From assembly GCF_009914755.1 (NCBI RefSeq), contig NC_060933.1: a DNA stretch of 64,000 nt, one strand, 5' to 3'. Below the pieces are notes generated by a model, which made no database searches, was not told where the DNA came from, and saw nothing but the letters and a program-made list of their open reading frames with translations. Made by a program: the position numbers and the translations under genes. Shown piece by piece: positions 42,901-54,600 of this stretch. Source of the DNA: the human T2T-CHM13v2.0 reference genome, Homo sapiens. The first letter of the stretch is position 1. Each line of letters begins with the position of its first letter.

Positions 42901-45399
42901 GAATTGGAATGGAATGGAATCGAATGGAATGGAATGGAATGGAATGGAATCAACCCGAGTGCAGGGGAATGTAATGGAACGGAATGCAATGGAATGTAAT
43001 CATCCGGAATGGAATGGAATTGAATGGAATGGAATGGAATGGAATGGAATCAACCCGAGTGCAATGGAATGGAGTGGAATGGAATGGAATGGAATGGAAC
43101 AACCCGAATGGAATGGAATGGAATGGAGAGTAACGGAGTTGAAGACAATCAATCCGAATGTAATGGAATGGAATGGAACGGAATGGAATTGAATGGAATG
43201 GAATGGAATGCAATGGAATGGAATCAACCCAAGTGCAATGGAATGGAGAGGTATGGAATGGAATGGAATGGAAACTACCCTAATGGAATGGAATGTAATG
43301 GAGTGTAAGGGAATTGAATAGAATCAATCCGAATGTAATGGAATGGAATTGAACGGAAAGGAATGGAATGGAATGCAATGGAATGGAATCAACCCGAGTG
43401 CAATCGAATGGAATCCAATGGAATGGAATGCAATGGAATGGATTCAACTTGAATAGAATGGAAAGAATGGAATCAACACGAGTGGAATGGCATCGATTGG
43501 AATGGAATGGAATGGAATCAACCCGAGTACAGGGGAATGGAATGGAATGGAATGCAATGGAATGGAATCATCCGGAATGGAATGGAATGGAATGGAATGG
43601 AATGGAATGGAATGGAATCAACCCGAGTGCAATGGAATGGAGTGGAATGGAATGGAATGGAATGGAACAACCCGAATGGAATGGAATGTAATGGAGAGTA
43701 AGGGAGTTGAATAGAATCAATCCGAATTTAATGGAATGGAACGCAAAGGAATGCAATGGAATGGAATCAACCCGAGTACAATGCAACGGAATGGAATGGA
43801 AGGTAATGTAATGTAATGTAATGTAATGTAATGGAATGGAATGGAATGGAATCAACCCGAGTGCAATGGAATGGAGAGGAATGGAATGGAATGGAATGGA
43901 AACTACCCGAATGGAATGGAATGTAATGGAGTGTAAGGGAATTGAATAGAATCAATCCGAATGGAATGGAATGGAATGGAACGGAATGTAATGGAATGGA
44001 ATGGAATGGAATCAACCCGAGTGCAGGGGAAGGGAATGGAATGGAATGCAATGGAATGGAATCATCCGTAATGGAATGGAAAGGAATGGAATGGAATGGA
44101 ATGGAATGGAATGGAATCAACTCGATTGCAATCGAATGGAATGGAATGGAATTAACCGAATAGAATGGAATGGAATGGAATGGAACAGAACGGAATGGAA
44201 TGGAATGGAATGGAATTAACCGAATAGAATGGAATGGAATGGAATGGAACAGAACGGAATGGAATGGAATGGAATGGAATGGAATGGAATGGAATGGAAT
44301 GGAATGGAATGGAAAGGAAAGGAAGGGAATGGAATGGAATAGAATGGAATAGAATGGAATCAACGCGAGTGCATGGGAATGGAATGGAATGGAATGCAAT
44401 GGAATGGAATCTTCCGGAATGGAATGGAATGGAATGGAATGGAATGGAATGGAATGGAATGGAATCAACCCGGGTGCAATGGAATGGAGTGGAATGGAAT
44501 GGAATGGAATGGAACAACCCGAATGGAATGGAATGTAATGGAGAGTAAGGGAGTTGAATAGAATCAATCCGAATGTAATGGAATGGAATGGAACGGAATG
44601 GAATTGAATGGAATGGAATGGAATGCAATGGAATGGAATCAACCCGAGTGCAATCGAAAGGAGAGGAATGGAATGGAATGGAATGGAAACTACCCGAATG
44701 GAATGGAATGTAATGGAGTGTAAGGGAATAGAATTGAATCAATCCGAATGTAATGGAATGGAATGGAACGGAATGGAATGGAATGGAATGGAATGGAATC
44801 AACCCGAGTGCAATCGAATGGAATCGAATGCAATGGAATGCAATGGAATGGATTCAACTTGAATGGAATAGAAAGAATAGAATCAACACCAGTGGAATGG
44901 CATAGATTGGAATGGAATGGAATGGAATCAACCCGAGTACAGGGGAATAGAATGGAATGGAATGCAATGGAATGGAATCATCCGTAATGGAATGGAAAGG
45001 AATGGAATGGAATGGAATGGAATGGAATGGAATGGAATGGAATGGAATCAACTCGATTGCAATCGAATGGAATGGAATGGAATTAACCCGAATAGAATGG
45101 AATGGAATGGAATGGAACGGAACGGAATGGAATGGAATGGAATGGAATGGAATGGAATGGAACGAAACGGAATGGAATGGAATGGAATGGAATGGAATCA
45201 ACTCGAGTGCAGGGGAATGGAATGGAATGGAATGCAATGGAAAGGAATCTTCCGGAATGGAATGGAATGGAATGGAATGGAATGGAATGAAATGCAATGG
45301 ATTCAACTCGATTGCAATGGAATGGAATAGAATGGAATGGAATGGAATGGAATGGAATGGAATGGAATTAATCCGAATAGAATGGAATGGAATGGAATG

Positions 45400-48300
45400 G
45401 AACGGAATGGTATGGAATGGAATGGAATGGTACGGAATAGAATGGAATGGAACGAATTGTAATGGAATGGAATTCAATGGAATGGAATGGAATGGAATGG
45501 AATCAACGCGAGTGCAGGGGAATGTAATGGAACGGAATGCAATGGAATGGAATCATCCGGAATGGAATGGAATGGAATGGAATGGAATGGAATGGAATGG
45601 AATAAACCCGATTGCAATGGAATGGAGTGGAATGGAATGGAATGGAATGGAACAACCCGAATGGAATGGAATGTAATGGAGAGTAAGGGAGTTGAATAGA
45701 ATCAATCCGAATGTAATGGAATGGAATGCAACGGAATGCAATGGAATGGAATGGAATGGAATGCAATGGAATGGAATCAACACGAGTACAATGGAATGGA
45801 ATGGAATGGAATGGAATTTAACGGAATGGAATGGAATGGAATGGAATGATACGGAATAGAATGGAATGGAACGAAATGGAATGGAATGGAATGGAATGGA
45901 ATGGAATGGAATGGAATGGAATCGTTCCGAGTGGAATAGGAGGGAATGTTTTCGAGTGGAATGGAAAGGAATGGAATCAACCAGAGTGGAATGGAAGGGA
46001 ATGGAATGGAATGGAAACAAATAGAATGGAAACAACCCGAGTGGAATGGAATGGAAAGGACTGGAATGGAATGGAATGGAATGGAATCAACTCGATTGTA
46101 ATGGAATGGAATGGAATGGAATGGAATGGAATGGAATGGAATGGAATTAACCCGAATACAATGGAATGGAATGGAATGGAATGGAATGGAGTCGAATGGA
46201 ATGGAATCAACCCAAGTGCAGGGGAATGGAATGGAATGGAATGCAATGGAATGGAATCATCCGGAATGGAATGGAATGGAATGGAATGCAAAGCAATGGA
46301 ATCAACTCGATTGCAATGGAATGGAATGGAATGGAAAGGAATACATTGGAATCAACCCGAGTGGAATAGAATGGAAAGGACTGGAATGGAGTGGAATGGA
46401 ATGGAATGGAATGGAATGGAATGGAATGGAATGGAATGAACTCGATTGGAATGGAATGGAATGGAATGGAATGGAATGGAATTAACCCGAATAGAATGGA
46501 ATGGAATGGAATGGAACGGAACGGAATGGAATGGAATGGAATGGAATGGAATGGAATGGAATGGAATGGAATCAACCCGACTGCAGGGGAATGGAATGGA
46601 ATGGAATGCAATGGAATGGATTCAACTTGAATGGAATGGAAAGAATGCAATCAACACGAGTGGAAAGGCATGGATTGGAATGGAATGGAATGGAATCAAC
46701 CCGAGTACAGGGGAATGGAATGGAATGGAATGCAATGGAAAGGAATCATCCGTAATGGAATGGAAAGGAATAGAATGGAATGGAATGGAATGGAATGGAA
46801 TGGAATGGAATCAACTCGATTGCAATCGAATGGAATGGAATGGAATTAACCCGAATAGAATGGAATGGAATGGAATGGAACGGAACGGAACGGAACGGAA
46901 CGGAATGGAACGGATTGGAATGGAATGGAATGGAATTGTATGGAATGGAATGGCATGGTACGGAATAGAATGGAATGGAAAGAATTGGAATTCAATGGAA
47001 TCGAATGGAATGGAATGGAATGGAACGGAATCAACCCGAGTGCAGGGGAATGTAATGGAACGGAATGCAATGGAATGGAATCATCCGGAATGGAATGGAA
47101 TGGAATGGAACGGAATGGAATGGAATGGAATGGAATCAACCCGAGTGCAATGGAATGGAGTGGAATGGAATGGAATGGAATGGAACAACCCGAATGGAAT
47201 GTAATGTAATGGAGAGTAAGGGAGTTAAATAGAATCAATCCGAATGTAATGGAATGGAACGGAATGGAATGGAATGGAATTGAATGGAATGGAATGGAAT
47301 GCACTGGAATGGAATCAACCCGAGTACAATGGAACGGAATGGAACGAATTGTAATGTAATGGAATGGAATGTAATGGAATGGAATGGAATGGAATCAAAC
47401 CGAGTGCAGGGGAATGGAATGGAATGGAATGCAATGGAATGGAATCATCCGGAATGGAATGGAATGGAATGCAATGGAATGGAATGGAATGGAATCAACC
47501 CGAGTGCAATGGAATGGAGTGAAATGGAATGGAATGGAATGGAAACAACCAGAATGGATTGGAATATAATGGAGTGTAAGGGAATTGAATAGAATCAATC
47601 TGAATGTAATGAAATGGAATGGAACGGAATGGAATGGAATGGAATGGAATGGAATGGAATGGAATGGAATGCAATGGAATGGAATCAACCCGAGTGCAAT
47701 CGAATGGAATCGAATGCCATGGAATGCAATGGAATGGATTCAACTTGAATGGAAAGGAAAGAATGGAATCAACACGAGTGGAATGGCATGGATTGGAATG
47801 GAATGGAATGGAATCAACCCGAGTACAGGGGAATGGAATGGAATGGAATGCAATGGAATGGAATCATCAGTAATGGAATGGAAAGGAATGGAAATCACTG
47901 GAATGGAATGGAATGCAATGGAATGGAATGGAATCAACTCGATTGCAATGGAATGGAATGGAATGGAATTAACCCGAATAGAATGGAATGGAATGGAATG
48001 GAACGGAACGGAATGGAATGGAATGGAATGGAATGGAACGGAAAGGAATGGAATGGAATGGAATGGAATGGAATGGAATGGAATGGAATCAACGCGAGTG
48101 CAGGGGAATGGAATGGAATCGAATGGAACGGAAAGGAATGGAATGGAATAAACCCGAGTGCAGGGGAATGGAATGGAATCGAATGGAACGGAAAGGAATG
48201 GAATGGAATCAACCCGAGTGCAGGGGAATGTAATGGAACGGAATGCAATGGAATGGAATCATCCGGAATGGAATGGAATGGAATTGAATGGAATCAACCC

Positions 48301-50560
48301 GAGTGCAATGGAATGGAGTGGAATGGAATGGAATGGAATGGAACAACCCGAATGGAATGGAATGTAATGGAGAGTAAGGGAGTTGAAAAGAATCAATCCG
48401 AATGGAATGGAATGGAATGGAACGGAATGGAATGGAATGCAATGGAATGGAATGGAATGCAATGGAATGGAATCAACCCGAGTACAATGGAATGGAATGG
48501 AATGGAATGGAATGGAAAGGAATGGAACGGAATGGAATGCAATGGAATGGAATCTTCCGGAATGGAATGGAATGGAATGGAATGGAATGGAATGGAATGG
48601 AATGGAATGCAATGGATTCAACTCGATTGCAATGGAATGGAATAGAATAGAATGGAATGGAATGGAATGGAATGGAATTAAACCGAATAGAATGGAATGG
48701 AATGGAATGGAATGGAACAGAACGGAACGGAACGGAACGGAGTGGAATGGAATGGAATGGAATTGTACGGAATGGAATGGAATGGTAAGGAATAGAATGG
48801 AATGGAAAGAATTGGAATGGAATGGTATCGAATGGAATGGAATGTAATGGAATGGAATCAACCCGAGTGCAGTGGAATGTAATGGAACGGAATGCAATGG
48901 AATGGAATCATCCGGAATGGAATGGAATGGAATGGAATGTAATGGAATGGAATCAACCCGAGCGCAATGGAATGGAGTGGAATGGCATGGAATGGAATGG
49001 AATGGAACAACCCGAATGGAATGGAATGTAATGGAGAGTAAGGGAGTTGAATAGAATCAATCCGAATGTAATGGAATGGAACGGAACGGAATGGAATGGA
49101 ATGGAATGGAATGGAATTGAATGGAATGGAATGGACTGGAATGGAATCAACCCGAGTACAATGGAACGGAATGGAATGGAATGTAATGGAATGGAATGGA
49201 ATGGAATGGAATGGAATGGAATCAACCCGAGTGCAATGGAATGGAGAGGAATGGAATGGAATGGAATGGAAACTACCCGAATGGAATGGAATGTAATGGA
49301 GTGTAAGGGAATTGAATAGAATCAATCCGAATGGAATGGAATGGAATGGAACGGAATGTAATGGAATGGAACGGAATGGTATGGAATGGAATGGAATGGT
49401 ACGGAATAGAATGGAATGGAACGAATTGTAATGGAATGGAATTCAATGGAATGGAATGGAATGGAATGGAATCAACGCGAGTGCAGGGGAATGTAATGGA
49501 ACGGAATGCAATGGAATGGAATCATCCGGAATGGAATGGAATGGAATGGAATGGAATGGAATGGAATGGAATAAACCCGAGTGCAATGGAATGGAGTGGA
49601 ATGGAATGGAATGGAATGGAACAACCCGAATGGAATGGAATGTAATGGAGAGTAAGGGAGTTGAATAGAATCAATCCGAATGTAATGGAATGGAATGCAA
49701 CGGAATGCAATGGAATGGAATGGAATGGAATGCAATGGAATGGAATCAACACGAGTACAATGGAATGGAATGGAATGGAATGGAATTTAACGGAATGGAA
49801 TGGAATGGAATGGAATGATACGGAATAGAATGGAATGGAACGAAATGGAATGGAATGGAATGGAATGGAATGGAATGGAATGGAATGGAATGGAATCGTT
49901 CCGAGTGGAATAGGACGGAATGTTTTCGAGTGGAATGGAAAGGAATGGAATCAACCAGAGTGGAATGGAAGGGAATGGAATGGAATGGAAACAAATAGAA
50001 TGGAAAAAACCCGAGTGGAATGGAATGGAAAGGACTGGAATGGAATGGAATGGAATGGAATCAACTCGATTGTAATGGAATGGAATGGAATGGAATGGAA
50101 TGGAATTAACCCGAATACAATGGAATGGAATGGAATGGAATGGAATGGAGTCGAATGGAATGGAATCAACCCAAGTGCAGGGGAATTGAATGGAATGGAA
50201 TGCAATGGAATGGAATCATCCGGAATGGAATGGAATGGAATGGAATGCAAAGCAATGGAATCAACTCGATTGCAATGGAATGGAATGGAATGGAAAGGAA
50301 TACATTGGAATCAACCCGAGTGGAATAGAACGGAAAGGACTGGAATGGAGTGGAATGGAATGGAATGGAATGGAATGGAATGGAATGGAATGGAATGAAC
50401 TCGATTGGAATGGAATGGAATGGAATGGAATGGAATGGAATTAACCCGAATAGAATGGAATGGAATGGAATGGAATGGAACGGAACGGAATGGAATGGAA
50501 TGGAATGGAATGGAATCGAATGGAATGGAATCAACCCGACTGCAGGGGAATGGAATGGAA
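45400..50560 (+). repeat. ~1.2 kb block repeated at ~3.96 kb distance (45400-46600 and 49370-50560)
   Basis: Shared rare variants occur in the same order: GAATTCAATGG, GAATTTAACGG, GAATGTTTTCGAG, AAACAAATAG, GGAGTCGAAT, CCCAAGTGCAGG, GCAAAGC, ATACATTGG and CCCGACTGCAG (CTGCAG at 46581 and 50540). Confidence 0.85.
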
Positions 50561-51640
50561 TGGAATGGAATGGAATGGAATGGAATGGAATGGAATCAAC
50601 TCGAGGGGAAAGGAATGGAATGGAATGGAAAGGAATGGAATGAAATCAACTCGAGTGGAATGGAATGGAATGGAATGGAAAGGAATGGAATGGAATCAAC
50701 TCGATTGCAATCGCATGGAATGGAATGGAATGGAATGGAAAGGAATGGAATGGAATGAAATGGGATGGAATGGAATGCAATGGAATGGAATCAACCCGAG
50801 TGCAATCGAATGGAATCGAATGGAATGGAATGCAATGGAATGGATTCAACTTGAACGGAATTGAAAGAATGGAATCAACACGAGTGGAATGGCATGGATT
50901 GGAATGGAATGGAATGGAATCAACCCGAGTACAGGGGAATGGAATGGAATGGAATGCAATGGAATGGAATCATCCGTAATGGAAAGGAAAGGAATGGAAT
51001 GCAATGGAATGGAATGGAATGGAATGGAATGGAATGGAATGGAATGGAATCAACTCGATTGCAATCGAATGGAATGGAATGGAATTAACCCGAATAGAAT
51101 GGAATGGAATGGAATGGAACGGAACGGAACGGAATGGAATGGAATGGAATGGAATGGAATGGAACGGAAAGGAATGGAATGGAATGGAAGGGAATGGAAT
51201 GGAATGGAATGGAATGGAATCAACGCGAGTGCAGGGGAATGGAATGTAATGGAATGTAATGGAATGGAATCTTCCGGAATGGAATGGAATGGAATGGAAT
51301 CAACCCGAGTGCAATGGAATGGAGTGGAATGGAATGGAATGGAATGGAACAACCTGAATGGAATCGAATGTAATGGAGAGTAAGGGAGTTGAACAGATTC
51401 AATCCGAATGTAATGGAATGGAATGGAACGGAATGGAATTGAATGGAATGGAATGGAATGCAATGGAATGGAATCAACCCGAGTGCAATGGAATGGAGAG
51501 GAAGGGAATGGAATGGAGTGGAAACTACCAGAATGGAATGGAATGTAATGGAGTGTAAGGGAATTGAATAGAATCAATCCGAATGTAATGGAATGGAATG
51601 GAACGGAATGGAATGGAATGCAATGGAATGGAAAGAAGGG

Positions 51641-51668
51641 AATGGAATCAACCCGAGTTGATTCCATT
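51641..51668. other. Satellite inversion breakpoint with 12-bp perfect inverted repeat and 4-nt loop
   Basis: Sequence is AATGGAATCAAC-CCGA-GTTGATTCCATT; 51641-51652 is the exact reverse complement of 51657-51668. CGAGT (51654-51658) belongs both to the forward CAACCCGAGT module and to the inverted CGAGTTG module. Confidence 0.93.
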
Positions 51669-54600
51669 GCTTTGCATTCCGTTCCATTCCATTCCTTTTC
51701 ATTGTATTCGGGTTAATTCCATTGCATTCCATTCCATTCCTTTCCATTCCATTCCATTCCATTACAATGGAGTTGATTCCATTCCATTCCATTCCATTCC
51801 ATTCCATTCCAGTCCTTTCCATTCCATTCCACTCGGGTTGATTCCATTCTATTAGTTTCCATTCCATTCCATTCCCTTCCATTGCACTCTGGTTGACTCC
51901 ATTCCTTTCCATTTCACTCGAATACATTCCCTCCTATTCCACTCGGAACGATTCCATTCCATTCCATTCCATTCCATTCCATTCCATTTCGTTCCATTCC
52001 ATTCTATTCCATACCATTCCATTCCATTCCATTCCATTCCATTCGATTCCATTCCACTCGTGTTGATTACATTCCTTTCCATTCCATTCAGTTTGAAGGC
52101 ATTCCATTCCATTCAATTCCATTCCATTCCATTCCATTCCATTCCATTCCATTCCATTCCATTGTACTCGGGTTGATTCCATTCCATTGCATTCTATTCC
52201 ATTCCATTCCATTCCATTCCATTCCATTCCGGATGATTCCATTCCATTGCATTCCATTCCATTCCATTCCATTCCCCTGCACTCGGGTTGATTACATTCC
52301 ATTCCCTTCCCTTCCATTCCTTTCCATTCCATTCCATTGCATTCTATTCGGGTGAATTCCATTCCATTCCATTCCATTCCATTCCATTCCATTGCAATCG
52401 AGTTGATTCCATTACATTCCATTCCATTCCGTTCCGGATGATTCCATTCCATTGCATTTCATTCCATTCCATTCCCCTGCAGTCGGTTTGATTCCTTTCC
52501 ATTCCATTCCATTCCATTCCATTCTATTCCATTCCGTTGCATTCCATTCCATTCCATTCTATTCGGGTTAATTCCATTCCATTCCTTTCCATTCCATTCC
52601 AATCGAGTTAATACCATTCCATTGCATTCCATTCCACTCCATTCCAGTCCTTCCCATTCCATTCCACTCGGGTTGATTCCATTCTATTCCTTTCCATTCC
52701 ATTCCATTGCAATCCAGTTGATTCCATTGCATTGCATTCCATTCCATTCCATTCCATTCCGGATGATTCCATTCCATTGCATTCCATTCCATTCCATTCC
52801 CCTGCACTCGGGTTGATTCCATTCCATTCCACTCCATTCCGTTCCATTGCATTCCATTCCATTGTATTCGGGTAAATTCCATTCCATTCCATTACATTCC
52901 ATTCCATTCCATTCCATTACAATCGAGTTGATTCCATTCCATTCCATTCCATTCCATTCCATTCCATTCCATTCCATTCCATTCCTTTCCATTCCATTCC
53001 ACTCGGGTTGATTCCATTCTATTAGTTTCCATTCCATTCCATTCCCTTCCATTCCACTCTGGTTGATTCCATTCCTTTCCATTCCACTCGAATACATTCC
53101 CTCCTATTCCCTCGGAACAATTCCATTCCATTCCATTGCATTCTATTCCATTCCATTTCGTTCCATTCCATTCTATTCCATACCATTCCATTCCATTCCA
53201 TTCCACTCGTGTTGATTCCATTCCTTTCTATTCCATTTGGTTTGAAGCCATTCCATCCCATTCAATTCCATTCCATTCCTTTCCATTCCATTTCGGATGA
53301 TGCCATTCCATTGCTTTCCATTCCATTCCATTCCCCTGTAATCAGGTTTATTCCATTCCATTCCATTGCAATCCATGCCATTCCACTCGTGTTGATTCCA
53401 TTCTTTCCATTCCATTCAAGTTGAATCCATTCCATTGCATTCCATTCCATTCGATTCCATTCGATTGCACTCGGGTTGATTCCATTCCATTCCATTCCAT
53501 TCCATTCCATTCCGTTCCATTCCATTCCATTACATTCGGATTGATTCTTTTTAACTCCCTTACTCTCCATTACATTCCATTCCATTCGGGTTCTTCCATT
53601 CCATTCCATTCCATTCCACTCCATTCCATTGCACTCGGGTTGATTCCATTCCATTGCATTCCATTCCATTCCATTCCATTCCATTCCATTCCGGATGATT
53701 CCATTCCATTGCATTCCGTTCTATTACATTCCCCTGCAATCGCGTTGATTCCGTTACATTCCATTCCATTCCATTCGATTCCATTCCATTCCAATTCGTT
53801 CCATTCCATTCTATTCCGTACAATTCCATTCCATTCCATAGCATTCCATTCCATTCCATTCCATTCCATTCCTTTCCATTCCGTTCTATTCCGTTCCATT
53901 CCATTCCATTCCATTCCATTCTATTAGGGTTAATTCCATTCCATTCCATTCCATTCCATTCTATTCCATTCCATTGCAATCGAGTTGAATCCATTGCATT
54001 CCATTCCATTCCATTCCATTCCATTCCATTCCGGAAGATTCCATTCCATTGCATTCCTTTCCATTCCATTCCATTCCATTCCCCTGCACTCGCGTTGATT
54101 CCATTCCATTCCATTCCATTCCATGCCATTCCATTCCGTTCCGTTCCGTTCCATTCCATTCCATTCCATTCCATTCTGTTCCGTTCCATTCCATTCCATT
54201 CCATTCTATTCGGGTTAATTCCATTCCATTCCATTCGATTGCAATCGAGTTCATTCCATTCCATTCCATTCCATTCCATTCCTTTCCATTCCATTACTGA
54301 TGATTCCATTCCATTGCATTCCATTCCATTCCATTCTCCTGTACTCGGGTTGATTCCATTCCATTCCATTCCATTCCATGCGATTCCACTCGTGTTGATT
54401 CCATTCTTTCCATTCCATTCAAGTTGAATCCATTCCATTGCATTCCATTCCATTCGATTCCATTCGATTGCACTCGGGTTGATTCCATTACATTGCATTC
54501 CATTCCATTCCATTCCATTCCATTCCATTGTACTCGGGTTGATTCCATTCCATTGCATTCCATTCCATTCCATTCCGTTCCATTCCATTCCATTCCATAT

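Larger units (their letters stand above)
1..51658 (+). repeat. Satellite III (HSat3-type) array, GGAAT (purine-rich) strand on +
   Basis: Uninterrupted (GGAAT)n interspersed with the CAACCCGAGT/CAACCCGAAT decamer that defines classical satellite III (ATTCC runs plus A(C/T)TCGGGTTG on the other strand). The pentamer runs are long and pure, unlike the CATTCGATTC-dominated HSat2. Confidence 0.97.

Noticed and set aside
51641-51680. Hairpin followed by a T-containing stretch resembling an intrinsic terminator
   Set aside because: The context is eukaryotic satellite with no upstream gene and no real poly-U tract. The hairpin is a by-product of the inversion.
51574-51927. Chimeric ORFs crossing the junction (MEWNG switching to IPFHS)
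   Set aside because: These are a trivial consequence of stop-free repeats on both sides of the breakpoint, with no evidence of expression.
50600-52700. Inversion as a fold-back/chimeric read artefact
   Set aside because: A fold-back chimera would give near-exact reverse-complement arms from the junction outward. Here exact symmetry ends after 12 bp and the arms carry different private variants. A misjoin is still not formally excluded without reads.
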